A stretch of DNA of 63,842 nucleotides, the filler included, from Craspedostauros australis (taxonomy: Eukaryota), in NCBI GenBank assembly GCA_030167865.1. It is 10 parts of 10 records of this genome, joined end to end, with 100 filler letters (N's around TTAATTAATTAA, not from the genome) between each part and the next. Parts side by side here need not be neighbours in the genome. Positions count along the whole stretch, not along the records: positions 3,503 to 22,548 come from JALAGF010004178.1; positions 22,649 to 31,037 come from JALAGF010004181.1; positions 31,138 to 34,354 come from JALAGF010004183.1; positions 34,455 to 41,640 come from JALAGF010004184.1; 6 more parts are not named here. One strand, written 5' to 3'. The translations under genes and the position numbers were made by a program. Positions 22,489-34,615 of the stretch are shown here, piece by piece (position 1 is the stretch's first letter; every line of letters begins with the position of its first letter). The notes under the pieces were generated by a model. That model saw only the letters and a list, made by a program, of their open reading frames with translations, was not told the DNA's origin and did not search any database.

Positions 22489-22527
22489 TGGGAACGAACC
22501 TGGGAACGAACCTGGGAACGAACCTGG
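22489..22527. repeat. 12-bp tandem repeat (TGGGAACGAACC)x3
   Basis: Three exact copies near the contig end. Confidence 0.9.
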
Positions 22528-23125
22528 TATGAGGAACATCCAGGAAGCNNNNNNNNNNNNNNNNNNNNNNNNNNNNNNNNNNNNNNNNNNNNTTAATTAA
22601 TTAANNNNNNNNNNNNNNNNNNNNNNNNNNNNNNNNNNNNNNNNNNNNTGGTGCTTTCGCTTTCTGCTGGTTAGTTGTTGACCTTTACCATGTAGGATGT
22701 CTATTTCACTGGTCCCATGTCTGTCTGGTGGGATTGGACTCTCGGAGTCTTGTGTCTGCATACACGATCATCGTGGAAACGTGTTCCTCTTCGTGACGCT
22801 TCAAGTGTGAATCAACAAGACTCAATGATCCTCACACGGTCTGTCAATCTGTCCTTCGCGCGCGAAATTGAGCAACAACCACCAAAACTGCGTGGAAGGA
22901 AACAAATACCGGGACATGAAAAGGAGAGAAGTCCAACCAACAACACCATTCAGTCCTGTTCTGTTCGTCGTCGCATTGATACGAGTGATGAATGGCACCG
23001 TTAGCAACGAACCTCCACAAGTACAACAAGCACCACCAGCAGTAGATGCATTGTGACCAATACTACAAGAACCGGGGTAAGAGACAATACACTATGCTCT
23101 AGAGTACTCCACGGAGAACGGCATC

Positions 23126-24730
23126 ATGGGATCAAGCGACAAGAAATCCAAGAGCAACAAGAAGGTCAAGAAGGTCAAGAGGTCGAGCAAGGCAGAATCC
23201 AAGCCTCGAGAGAGAAAGGTGGAAGAAGATGTGTCCGACAAGGAGACCAAGCTGGCCGCCGCTGCCGCAGATGGCAACGATACAAGCAACGATGCAAGCA
23301 ACGATTCTGGCAAGAGCGCAGAATCGGCGGCAGAAGAAGACAACGACACAGGGATCATCACGACGACCAAATTCGAAACGCTTGGCGTTTGCGAGCCACT
23401 GTGCAAGGCGTGCGATTCGTTGGGCTGGAAGTTCGCCAGCCGCATCCAAGAGAAGGTCCTGCCGGAAGCTCTGGAGGGCAGAGACATCATTGGTTTGGCG
23501 GAGACAGGATCGGGAAAGACAGCGGCGTTCTGCCTGCCGGTCCTGCAGGACCTGCTGAACAATCCTGTGCGCGGTGCTGCGTTCGCGGTCATGCTGGCAC
23601 CAACACGTGAGCTGGCCTTTCAGATCCACAAGGTCGTCGATGCGTTGGGCACGACCATCGGGGCCACCAGCGTGTGCGTCGTGGGTGGGGTGCCCATGAC
23701 ACAGCAATCCATCGCGTTGGGACGCAATCCGCACATCATCGTTGCCACGCCGGGACGGTTGCTCGATCACCTCACCAACACGAAGGGCTTCAATCTGCGC
23801 AAGCTGAGGTATCTCGTCCTTGATGAGGCCGACCGCATGCTTTCGTTGGATTTCGAGCAGGAGCTGAACGAGCTGCTTGAGGTCATTCCGTCAGAGGGCC
23901 GCAAGACGCTCCTCTTCTCCGCGACCATGACGTCGAAGGTGCAGAAGCTGCAACGAGCGGCGCTCAAGGATCCCGTCAAGGTGGAGGTATCGACCAAGTT
24001 CTCCACCCCCAAGCAATTGCTGCAGAACTACCTCTTCATCCCCGCCAAGTACAAGGACTGCTACCTGACCTACCTCATCCACGAACACGCCGGGCAGTCC
24101 ATTTTGGTCTTCGGGGCCACATGCAACAACGTCCAAAGGCTGGCGCTGATGCTGCGCAACCTCGGTTTCCCGGCAATTTGCTTGCACGGTCAGATGTCGC
24201 AGCCGAAGCGTTTGGGTGCGCTACACAATTTCACAACGGGCGACCGATCCATCCTCATCTGCACGGACGTGGCCAGCCGTGGTTTGGATATCCCACAGGT
24301 GGATGTGGTCATCAACTTCGATCTGCCCGGACATGGAAAGGATTACATTCACAGAGTCGGACGCACGGCGCGTGCTGGAAGATCCGGAAAGGCCATCGCG
24401 ATGGTGACGCAGTACGATGTCGAGGTGTACCAGCGATTGGAGCACCTGCTCGGCAGGAAGCTGCCCGAATACAAGCTGGATGAAGAGACGGTGCTGGTGC
24501 TGTTGGAACGCGTCAACGATGCGCAGCGGTTGGCGACACGGGAATTGAAGGAGCAGCTGGCAGCCGCCAAGGGCCACGGAGGTCGCCGAAAGCGCAAGCC
24601 TGGACGCATGGGGTCGGAAGAGGACGGGCTGGAAGGCATGATCCAGAATGAAATCCACAAAGGGTATTCGGGTGGCGGTCGTGGCCGCACGATTGGCAAG
24701 CAAACCAAGAAGTACCGACACAAGAAATAA
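23126..24730 (+). CDS. RRP3: DEAD-box rRNA helicase RRP3/DDX47
   Basis: GLAETGSGKT, PTRELA, TPGRL, DEAD, SAT and HRVGRTARAGRSG, plus family-typical KYKDCYL and VTQYDVE; intronless. Confidence 0.93.
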   Translation: MGSSDKKSKSNKKVKKVKRSSKAESKPRERKVEEDVSDKETKLAAAAADGNDTSNDASNDSGKSAESAAEEDNDTGIITTTKFETLGVCEPLCKACDSLGWKFASRIQEKVLPEALEGRDIIGLAETGSGKTAAFCLPVLQDLLNNPVRGAAFAVMLAPTRELAFQIHKVVDALGTTIGATSVCVVGGVPMTQQSIALGRNPHIIVATPGRLLDHLTNTKGFNLRKLRYLVLDEADRMLSLDFEQELNELLEVIPSEGRKTLLFSATMTSKVQKLQRAALKDPVKVEVSTKFSTPKQLLQNYLFIPAKYKDCYLTYLIHEHAGQSILVFGATCNNVQRLALMLRNLGFPAICLHGQMSQPKRLGALHNFTTGDRSILICTDVASRGLDIPQVDVVINFDLPGHGKDYIHRVGRTARAGRSGKAIAMVTQYDVEVYQRLEHLLGRKLPEYKLDEETVLVLLERVNDAQRLATRELKEQLAAAKGHGGRRKRKPGRMGSEEDGLEGMIQNEIHKGYSGGGRGRTIGKQTKKYRHKK

Positions 24731-25081
24731 GGATAGAAGCAGCCAATATGCATGTTAGGGTGGAATGGAGCTGCGTACGCATGCGTCGCATGGATCCCTT
24801 CGCATGTGCTGCGCAGATCACTTCACGTACGATGTTGCTGCTGTTGATGCCAACGCTCACGTGGGTCGATACGACTAACAAAACAGTACACCGTCAGGGT
24901 CATGTTCCAAGGTGCGTTTGTGTCATGAGCACATAATGACATACTGGATACTACGACTATGGATGAGACAGCAACCTTCGCGCACTTGTGGATGCAAAAC
25001 ACTGATTGCGAGCCCTGGTTGAATTGGGCGGAGTCGAAGGAGGAACAAAAGGGGACTTGTCCAAAACATATTGAGTAAAAG

Positions 25082-25154
25082 CTCACCATACTGGGATCGA
25101 ACCAGTGGCCTTGCGATTAACAGTCGCACGCTCTGCCAACTGAGCTAAAGGTGA
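25082..25154 (-). tRNA. trnN-GTT: tRNA-Asn (GTT)
   Basis: 73-nt cloverleaf TCACCTT TA GCTC AGTTGGCA GAGC G TGCGA CTGTTAA TCGCA AGGCC ACTGG TTCGATC CCAGT ATGGTGA G, with one T-T mismatch in the acceptor stem. A TTTT Pol III terminator follows. Confidence 0.93.
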
Positions 25155-25786
25155 ATGTCAATTTTCCGCCGAGATTGGTGAAAATATGGTACAATAATAC
25201 TAACTCCGAATCACCGGACACAAACCCGTTGTTGATTCTTGTCGCGCAGACGATGGCAACAATTCTGGGAAAATGTCGGTTCCGACACTTTGGGTTGCGC
25301 GTCGCTCAGACATGTTGGGTTGTGTCCACTTTCCAAGATTGGATGAAGCGATTGGCGTCGACACCTGTGACCACGATCAACAATCTCTTCCACAGTTGGC
25401 TACGTCCACGCTCATGCCCACGCTCACGCTCGAGATGATGTCCACCCTGATGTTGATGCCAAAGTTGATGGAGTCACCACGGAGGCGCCTGCTCGCACAT
25501 CGTATCGCGGCAAGAATGCGTGTGAAATGAAGCCCATCATGACACGACAATCAACGTACACACGACGCGGATAGTGTATAATACCATGCCATCTGATGCA
25601 CGCCATGCGAGGTGGAGCACGGGATACCACCACCGACCGCGCAAGAAAATGTGAGCGCCTCATTATGCACCACACAAGGGCGCCGAAGCAACTGCAGTCA
25701 GCCAAGCAATTACTCAATCACGTTGAAAAAACCCGTCGCATTGATCTGATTCGAGCAACCGTGCATTCCAGCACACCAGCTTCATC

Positions 25787-26800
25787 ATGATCTTCATTCT
25801 CCTCCCACTGGTTGGGCTCTTCGCCTGACCAGTGCGCAACCACAACCACAACTACAACCACCAAGTCGGATCATCCCGAAGCTCAACCTCACCGCCTCTC
25901 CTTTCACTCAAGTCGACCCCAGGCGATACATAGGATAGTACACCAGAGGCATCGATTACTGGTAAGGGTCTCCTACATGCCGCGGAACAAGGAGAAGGAG
26001 GTGTGGATACCCTCAACGCATGGAAGAGTGAATTTTCACAAACCACCATCGACATTATCAAGGACGAGCATGGCAAGATTCCCATCCACCTCACATGCTC
26101 CTACGGTCAGCTCGAAACGATCAAACAGTTGATGGAGTCATTTGGAACGGACATCAATGCCCAAAGAATGGATGGAGATACTGCGCAACACTATGCATGC
26201 GCACAGGACAACTTTGATGTCGTGAAATACCTGGCGGAGTCACATGGAGCGGCTTCCAACCTCCAAGACGAGGACAGTAAGGCAGCACTCCATGATGCAT
26301 GCGCAGAAGGGCATCCGGCCTTCGTGAAGACTCTGGTTGAACCATTTTCAGCAAGCGCTCTTGCGCGGGATGAGAAGGGCGAGAACGCCCTCCATCAGAT
26401 TCCGGCCTCGCCATGCTGGCAACGATGTTCTGCAGATACGAGTTGGCGCATCAAATGATCAAGCTGTGCGACAAGCTTTCGGGTCATGGCAAGAGCTACT
26501 GCTTGGAGTCTGCTGTCATGCTCGCACGGGGGACTTTCATCTGCTGCATTGCCCCGTTGTTGACTACTAAAAGGTCCAGGGAGGCCAAGCACAAGTTCGC
26601 GCTGAAACATCAGATCAAGGTCGCCCGGAACATCATCCGACGAAAGGAGCGAACACTGTGGTCTTGCTGCGGCACTTTCCATCACGAATGCTCGCTAAGA
26701 TACCGAGACCTTGCAGAACACGCTTCGCCAGTGAACCTGCAGGTGAATAGCGCAGACCGTGAGATTCCACTGCGAATGGGGCTGTTCCATCAAGGTGGCA
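25787..26800 (+). pseudogene. Degenerate ankyrin-repeat gene
   Basis: Ankyrin units in 26003-26458 (IPIHLTCSYGQLETIKQLM, GDTAQHYACAQDNFDVVKYL, ALHDACAEGHPAFVKTLV). No ATG-led intact frame; stops and frameshifts on both sides; boundaries approximate. Confidence 0.7.
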
Positions 26801-27758
26801 GATCTCCGAAAGCCAAGATTGGAATATCTGGAAGTTGGCGCAGATGGTGCTGGTACGACAAAGATACAGGCTCACGGTGGCGATGAAAGCGCGAGGATTG
26901 TGGATATCGACATGCACATGCACAGGAAGATGGAGTCTGGCACAGCCGGTGTTGTGCGGCGAAGGCATGCAGACCCGAAGTCGCACATGATTGCAGATGG
27001 TGTCGATCGTGATGGCCGACGACATCAAGGGGTCCGTCAAAGGTACCGGAATCAGGAGAGAAGGTGACGCTTCGGAGATTTTCAGCCAGACCAACATCAA
27101 GACCCATGCCAGAAGCGACGGGGATAGAGGATGACGTATCGGTCTTGACAGATGGATCAGAATCATGAGTCGTTGCATCGCTGAAGTGTATCGTACATAC
27201 GGTACGAGTAGTAGTCTGCACATTGGTGTCATTGCATCTCCCACATACCATATTCTCTAGTCGTACGTACGACCGTAAACAGAACAGAAGTGCATGGTCA
27301 CATGCATTCGTGAAGGTGTCATACCAGTAGCTCGTATGGTACGAGTATGATGTAGACCGTAGAGCAGAACAGAGGTCATGTTCACTGATGCGGTGATGTC
27401 ACTCATCCGACGGTTGTCATGGTGTTGATGTGCATCGGAAGCGAATCCACGATCAAGGGGACACAGACATGGAGAGGGATCGAGAAAGAAGGACACAGAG
27501 AGAAACCTCGTGTGACACAACGATCCAGCCCAGCGTCGAAAGATTCGGTCTGTCGCAAACTCCATCGTGTTCGCCACTCCCAAAACACAGACACAGGCCC
27601 CTCACTCTCTGCGTGATGCCTCTCGTTCCCACAAAGTCTGCAACACACACAAACTCACAACCATTATATTACCACGATAAGAATAGCAGCACATTGTACG
27701 AGTAATAATCTCACCACAACACAGAAGCACCAGCAGCAGCAAGAACAACATCAACAAC

Positions 27759-28934
27759 ATGTGGCCTCTGACAGGCAAGCGATTCCTCGTCTCCTTCCTG
27801 GCGCTGGCCAATGGAGCGGCACAAGGGTCCTCCACCACACCGGAAGCAAATGCTGTGAACAGCAACGCCAATCTCAAGTGCGATTGCTGTTGTCGAAGCA
27901 ACAGCACACACCTCGCATGGATCGTTGAACCGCCGAGCAACGATCTACGCGCTCCATGCGACGAGGATTCGCTCCGGCTTGGCCGTTCCGAACGTCGCGG
28001 CCTATCTGCGGCGAATGGCGCCAATCCAACTGACACCCCGTGCTGCACGTGGCAAACGCGAGACGAGGCGCAGCAGGAGGCTTTGGAATTCCTTCGCAAC
28101 CACGTCATGGAATTTGACCAAGCGTTCTTGCACACCTTGGGATTTCCCGTTGAAGACAATCGCAGCAATGGCACGGACGGGCTGGATGATGGATTGGTGG
28201 GACCGACCATCCAACTGGCGCTGGATGCCAAGGTGATGTACCCATGGACGGATGCATTGTCCAAGTCCACCTTCTTCAACTACGTGCTGAATTATGCCAA
28301 TCTGAACGAAGCGCGCACCAACTGGCGTCCGCTGTTGGTGGACGTGCTCAATGTGACGCAGGCGGAACTGTGGAAGGAGTACGTCGCCACCGGAAACTGG
28401 AATGTGACATCGGTCGTGAAATGGGTCAATACCGTTGTTTGGGACCGATTGGGAAGGAACGGCCAGCCCATCCGATTCGTCAGCGGCCAAACACCGCTCA
28501 TCTTCGATCCCATGTCCGTGATCGCGTTCGGGTACTCGTCCTGCACGGGGACGGCCATCCTCTTCACCAACGCGCTGCGGGCAGTCGGCATCCCAGCCAG
28601 AGTTGCGGGAACGGCGGCATGGTACGGCGATGCGTCGAAGGGAAATCACAATTGGGTGGAAGTATACGATTCCGCCAAGGACGAATGGGGCTTCTTGGAG
28701 CCAGCACCAAATACACCAGGCACCGTGGAGAGCTTGGAAAGCAACCCCTGCGGTCGATGGTACTGCTCGCCGGACCGGTACCCGTCGTCCACCGTCTTTG
28801 CGGCCAAGCTGTCACAAGAAGACGACTGCTGCTGCGACAAGCACCATTTCCCGCTCGCATGGGAGCCTGGGTGCGAGGACGTGCCAGCAGACGATCGCAC
28901 CAAGTACTACACCGACGTGTGCTCGCAGTGCTGA
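27759..28934 (+). CDS. Secreted transglutaminase-like (papain-fold) protein
   Basis: N-terminal signal peptide; core SCTGTAILFTNALRAVGIPARVAGT..W..GNHNWVEVY..WGFLE; Cys-rich termini. Confidence 0.85.
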   Translation: MWPLTGKRFLVSFLALANGAAQGSSTTPEANAVNSNANLKCDCCCRSNSTHLAWIVEPPSNDLRAPCDEDSLRLGRSERRGLSAANGANPTDTPCCTWQTRDEAQQEALEFLRNHVMEFDQAFLHTLGFPVEDNRSNGTDGLDDGLVGPTIQLALDAKVMYPWTDALSKSTFFNYVLNYANLNEARTNWRPLLVDVLNVTQAELWKEYVATGNWNVTSVVKWVNTVVWDRLGRNGQPIRFVSGQTPLIFDPMSVIAFGYSSCTGTAILFTNALRAVGIPARVAGTAAWYGDASKGNHNWVEVYDSAKDEWGFLEPAPNTPGTVESLESNPCGRWYCSPDRYPSSTVFAAKLSQEDDCCCDKHHFPLAWEPGCEDVPADDRTKYYTDVCSQC

Positions 28935-29455
28935 CGCACTGAGCTATTGGGAGTAATGCATACACCTATGTACGTAGTGTCGGATAAGAACCATCAACTC
29001 TCTCTCTCTCTCTGGAGAGCATCATCGTTGTCTGTAGAATTCGCATTTGAGATGTCAAGAGTGAGCAAAGATACCTTTTTGGCTTCGTCGCGTCACTGAC
29101 ACCTTTGTTGTCACGAACACGAGAAGGAACAACACAAAAACACGGAATGACAGCCACAACAACAGAGGCAACGCAAGAGGAAGAACACACCAGAGCGGAG
29201 CATGAAGACAGTCATCAGTTGTGACCATAACATCAATCTCAACACCATCTCCGCCATCACTCACCGCATTCGCCAGTGGGTAGCCAAGCGCTCATCGACC
29301 CAAGCGAAGCTCAACAGAGAAGAAGACAAGAAGAAAAAGAGGAAGAGAGAGAGAGAGAGAGGAGTGAGGGAGAAAGACAGCAGAGAGGACAGTCCCATTT
29401 TCTGATCCAAGATCACGCTCCCACGTCGCAACAGTGCAACCCAACAATAAACAAT

Positions 29456-30007
29456 ATGCCGTCCAGCATCCCCAACCCCGCCACCCTGCGGCAGCCACTG
29501 AACCGCATGGCCTCGGCCGTCCGCAAGATGGAATCCTGGCTGCCATCCTCCCTGCACCCTTGGGGTTACTCTGCCCTCTTCGGCACGACCGTTCCCTTGG
29601 CCGGCGCCTCAGGTCTGCGCATCGAACGCTTGCAGCGCACCGAATCCGAGGTCCTCGTGAAGAACCGTCCGTGGATCCGCAACCACATCGGCGGTCTTCA
29701 CGCCTGTTCCATGGCGCTGGCCAGCGAGAGCGCGACGGGCGTCTTGGTGGGTATGCACGTACGCGATAGCCACATGCCGCTGCTGAAGCGCATGAAGGTG
29801 GATTATGTGCGGCGGTGCCATGGCGATCTGCGTGTCGTGGCGCGGTTGTCGGAGGCGGAGATCGAGCGAATTGAGAACGAGGATAAGGGCGATCTGATCG
29901 TGGAATGCACCATTGAAGATGACAGCGGGAAGGCACCGATCGAGGCCGAATTCACGTGGGCATGGGCGCCGAAGAAGCGGGCGAAGAAGGTTGAGGCTTC
30001 GGCCTGA
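29456..30007 (+). CDS. Hotdog-fold thioesterase-like protein (DUF4442/PaaI-like)
   Basis: ATG at 29456; TVPLAGASG, NHIGGLHACSMALASESATG, LLKRMKVDY. Confidence 0.85.
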   Translation: MPSSIPNPATLRQPLNRMASAVRKMESWLPSSLHPWGYSALFGTTVPLAGASGLRIERLQRTESEVLVKNRPWIRNHIGGLHACSMALASESATGVLVGMHVRDSHMPLLKRMKVDYVRRCHGDLRVVARLSEAEIERIENEDKGDLIVECTIEDDSGKAPIEAEFTWAWAPKKRAKKVEASA

Positions 30008-31419
30008 AAATAAAAAACAGAATGGATGGACGAGCACAATTTGGAGTGCACACAAGGGACAACACATCACAACACAATTCAACATGAGCACTGCGCTGGG
30101 GCTCTCTGTCTGTCTCCGCCCACGGATGCTGATGAATAGAGTAGAGCACAACGACCCCACTTTCCGATAGTATTTGCATAACATACAATTATTGTTTAGA
30201 AATAGAGTCAAGTCGCATTCTATTGCGGTCAACTGTTTGAGAGTACTCGAATGGTGGAAGCAATTGCGGAAAAGGTTTCATGGTGTGCGGTTGCGACGGC
30301 GAAAGAAAATCAGAGCAACTCAAAGCGTGGAACACGAACACGCTAATTCTCAGGAGCGAATCGCATTTGTCTACAAAGGACACACTATTTGCATGTTTAT
30401 AGCAAAAGGACACTAATGTTCGTCAAAACCAAGCCAATGCGCCTGCATTACATACCATAGCCTTCCCAGTTGAACCGTTGGTCACGATGCTCGTTGAACA
30501 ATTGGTTGTCACACGAACAATTCGAACCCAACCGTGCTCACGGAATTCGTCGATGTTGACGTGTTTTCATGTTGACATGTTGGTCATCCTGTGTGTTCAT
30601 TGCGACCTGTGCAGCTTCCTTCACATTGTCACACGGTGGTACGTCAATACATAGGAGTATACTTATTACTCTACTGTATTGAAGTGCTAACGTGGGGGGT
30701 AGTTGTGGACCGGCCGACAATCAGTCGACCGAGTCCTCACGCCATTGGTGGCAGGCAGAGCTTCGCAACGCATGGAAGAACATGTAGTTCGATTCCAGAT
30801 ACGTGNCCATATATTTTCCTGGATTAGCCATTTGGAACGACAGCGTCAAGTTCCCATGGTTGTCCTTTTCTGGTCAATATTGGGTGAGCGAAGATGATGG
30901 CACCTAGCTTGAATCAGCTCCAGTGTGGCAGTGTGTGTGCTGGCACAATGGAGCCGTTCTCTCCCCCCTCGTCGTCCCCGCAGATGGATCACATCTGCTT
31001 CGAGTACTCCAATACAGCAGGAAGCAGTGACTCCAGTNNNNNNNNNNNNNNNNNNNNNNNNNNNNNNNNNNNNNNNNNNNNTTAATTAATTAANNNNNNN
31101 NNNNNNNNNNNNNNNNNNNNNNNNNNNNNNNNNNNNNATCATATCATATCATATCATAATAGTACAAAGAGTCCATCATGTTTCTCTCTGGAGAGAGAGG
31201 CTACTTGTACGAACCCTGGCAGAGAGCAGGATCGTTGTCCCCCACTCTGCTGTGCGCGGGTATTGTACGATGCCGAGAAGCATGCAGCGTCATCCGCGAA
31301 GAGAGAGAGAGGGAGACAGACAGCTCCTTGGCAACACCTGTGCCTTGTCAAGCCCCTTTCCAAGACTCCACATCGTACCCTTCCATTCGACCATTCTCTA
31401 GAATAGTATCATATCATGC

Positions 31420-31750
31420 ATTCAAGCCCCACCTACTCCACCCGCTTCCGCGGCGCCCACGTGAATTCGGTCTCGATCGCAGCCTCCTCGTTGTCATCTT
31501 GAAAATTGTGCATTCCACAATCGGATCGCCTTTGTCCCGGTGCGTTCGATCGTGCAGATGCCGATGCAGACGTGGATGGTTGTTCACGAGGAATCGATGC
31601 AAACGTTCGATGCGCGGCCCAAGGGATGGTTGCATCCAGAGGGCAGAATGACTTCAACCGTGCAGGAAGGATGGCAGACTGGATTCCACCGTGCGAGCGG
31701 CTGAGGCCACGCCATTCCGTGGCGGCCGCAAGTTGGCGATGCCTGATGAC
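31420..31750 (-). pseudogene. Decayed, internally deleted paralog of the thioesterase at 29456-30007
   Basis: Minus-strand blocks (GGCGATCCGATTGTGGAATGCAC, CCGAATTCACGTGGGCGCCG, GCCATCCTTCCTGCAC, CGCATCGAACG) align to the intact gene with indels. Confidence 0.85.
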
Positions 31751-32465
31751 ACGCATACTGTGCGGTGCTGGGTTGCGCTGTTCCTATTCAGCTGATGATG
31801 ATCTTTGGTCAGCATGTATAATATCATATCATATAATACAATAGAATACAATAGAATACTCTACAAGTGGATGGACGCTTGAATTCTCATTTGTGCCAAG
31901 TCAGCACGAACCTCACGAAACAGCCGAGATTGTACTCACATCCGGTGGCTGTACCATCATCGTACCAGAGTAGAATACCAATATCTCATTCCGTGGTGGA
32001 ACAGGTGGCAGGAAGATCGAAAGTGCAACAGATGATTCGTCGTATGGCGTATTGCGCCGTCTCTTACATCAGCCCAACGCCCACAGGATGCCAGCCAACC
32101 AGGTCCCACCCACCACTGTCGCTGTCAAGCTGTCTCCACGCACATTTTCGCAAGCGTGTGGTACAGCGTACAATGCGATCTGACACACCAGCTCCCAGAT
32201 CGGTCACAAGCCTTGGTGATACCGAAGTGTCGACCCTCTGTCGTCACCGTCGGAGACTGGCGTTCATCAGCATCTTGCGAATCTGGAATAAGAGCCGAGA
32301 GCTCGTTGACCACAACACTGGATACCGGAAGATCGGTCATGTTCAGCTGGAGTATCCTGGTGATATTCGACGCTGCTGGAGTGCAAACGCATGCCGATAC
32401 CAATGCCGATACCGATGCCGATAACCACTCCTATGATGTATCATGTTATATGAGTGGAGAGATGC

Positions 32466-32514
32466 TCTTGATCTTGATCTTCATCTTGATCTTCATCTTG
32501 GTCTTGATCTTGAT
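32466..32514. repeat. (ATCTTG/ATCTTC)n hexamer repeat
   Basis: Visible directly. Confidence 0.8.
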
Positions 32515-33316
32515 ATGCTTCGGCTCGTGGCTGGTGATTGCCAAGTTGACCATCAAGTCTGGTCGTTGCGTCCTCACCGTCCGCGGGGATCGATCCCCTT
32601 CCTCAAAGCCCCGCGGACGAGAGGGAGCACATGATGGCACATGATGGAACTGTTGATGTCATTGTCCATCGGGGTGCTGATGTCCGTACGACTATAATAC
32701 TTCTGGAGAGAGCGTTGGTTCCGTCGACGTTGTTCTTCTTTGCTCGTCGGTATAGCGCATGTCGTGGTCATTGTTGTTCGCGGAGGTGTGGCCTGTTTGT
32801 CTGATCAACAGTGGGGGATGTGATGGGCGATGGATGACGCCTTTCGGCAGAAAATGATGAGTGCGCTTTCTGTGGGTGTGGCTCGCACACGATTCCGTGG
32901 GCATCGATTCGGAGTAATCGTTGCTCGCTCGCAAAACGACAGAAAACAGACCATGTGCCAATCTGTGTCGAGTCGTACCATCCCAAAGCGTTGTTGTGTT
33001 GTGGTGCTGTCCAGTCCGTTCGTACGAACGATACACATGTTTGTTCCTGCCAGGAAACGAACACCAAGAAACATCGTGCCGTTTGGCTGACACGTCGATC
33101 GCTGTTGACCAACACCTGACAGAACTGATCAGAACTGACCAGAACCGATCAGAACAGAGGAGAGCACCACGCAGAAACACGTGGAGCAGAGTACTCCAAT
33201 TTCGCTGTTGTTGACCTTCTTTGGTACCCACCCACATGGCCACATCGAGACAACTCAAATCGCAGAAACTGATCAGAAACAGACACTGAGAGACAGACGC
33301 AGAGAGAGAGAGAGAT

Positions 33317-33353
33317 CACCAACACCAACACCAACACCAACACCAACACCAAC
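33317..33353. repeat. (ACCAAC)n hexamer repeat in the leader of the next gene, preceded by (AG)n
   Basis: About six tandem copies directly before ATG 33359. Confidence 0.85.
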
Positions 33354-33358
33354 GAAAC

Positions 33359-34354
33359 ATGAGCACAGCGATGGCACCGGCAGCCAGCGTGGCTGGGGCC
33401 GGCGGAGCCTCTGAGAAAGTGCCACACACCGAGTTCTGGTTCCTGAAGACTAATGCCGAGAACGATAGGTTCAAGGATTTGCGGGAGAGGGTCCTGCAAA
33501 ATTCCGGTCCTATGAAATTCATGGCCTTTGCGAACGCGATGAAGTCTCTGTGTGATAAGGGTACTGAACTCGAGGATGCGCTCAACAAAGCACTCACGTT
33601 CGCGAAGAATCCTTCGGGTAACAAAAGACGCCTCGATAAGCCTAAAGACGAGAATGCGTGGATGTTGCAGATATTGGAGGCGATCTACCGTGCCATCAAG
33701 CTTGATCCACTCTTCAACGACTCCGAATTCTGGGACAGAGACTTGAGTCAAGACGGGTTGCAAACAATGATAACTTTGGCGATCAAATCAAGCGATGACA
33801 CCAGCGCAACAGATGAAAAGACCATCGACGACATCGACGACATCGAAGAGGCCAGGACGAACGCAATCAAAGTCATGACGAACCCCCCTGATGAGGGGGC
33901 CGCCAGGGCGTTATGGAACAAGGCAATTGTATGTGTGGTCGACATGAAGTCCTCCAATCCACTGCACCGATGGCTCACCGACCCCCATAATGTGGCGCTC
34001 GCTTGCGAGCTAAGCTCGGCTTCCGAGATAAACGACGCCGTGCTCGAGGCGCCGCTCCCGGTCATAAGAACCAAATTGAATCAAGTTTATGCCAGTCGCT
34101 TCAAGGACCGTCTTCGTCGCTTATTCTGCGATTCATGCAACGACAAGCAGAAGGACCCGTCATTCTACATCGGCCATCTGGCTTTTCGACACAAGGGCAA
34201 CACCACCAACGCCCTCGGGACAGCCTATGTTCCAGATGATCAGAACGAAGCTGGAAGCGGCGATCTGGTTCTTGTGTACTACTCGGGCAGCGGCAAAGGC
34301 AAGACGGTGGATATCGCAGCAAGCTCTGTGACCAGGAAGGCTGCTCTCACGATG
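33359..34354 (+). CDS. Protein with a Walker-A-like motif, possibly a Crinkler/CR-type NTPase; 3'-partial
   Basis: 332 open codons to the contig end; a hydrophobic strand followed by YYSGSGKGKT near the end. Family assignment is tentative. Confidence 0.55.
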
Positions 34355-34615
34355 NNNNNNNNNNNNNNNNNNNNNNNNNNNNNNNNNNNNNNNNNNNNTT
34401 AATTAATTAANNNNNNNNNNNNNNNNNNNNNNNNNNNNNNNNNNNNNNNNNNNNCAGCGACGATCGAATCACCCACAATTTGGAAAAGACAACAGAATTG
34501 TCACACCTCCGCTTCGACGTACGCTTCCTTCAACGCTTGCTCAGGGGTAACCTAGCAGCCTTTAAACGAACACAACACTCTTCCACATCACCTTCGCCGT
34601 CTTCTCGCCATCACC

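Noticed and set aside
22489..22527. CRISPR-like or telomeric array
   Set aside because: Only three 12-bp units with no spacers. No CRISPR array or cas gene was seen anywhere in the window.
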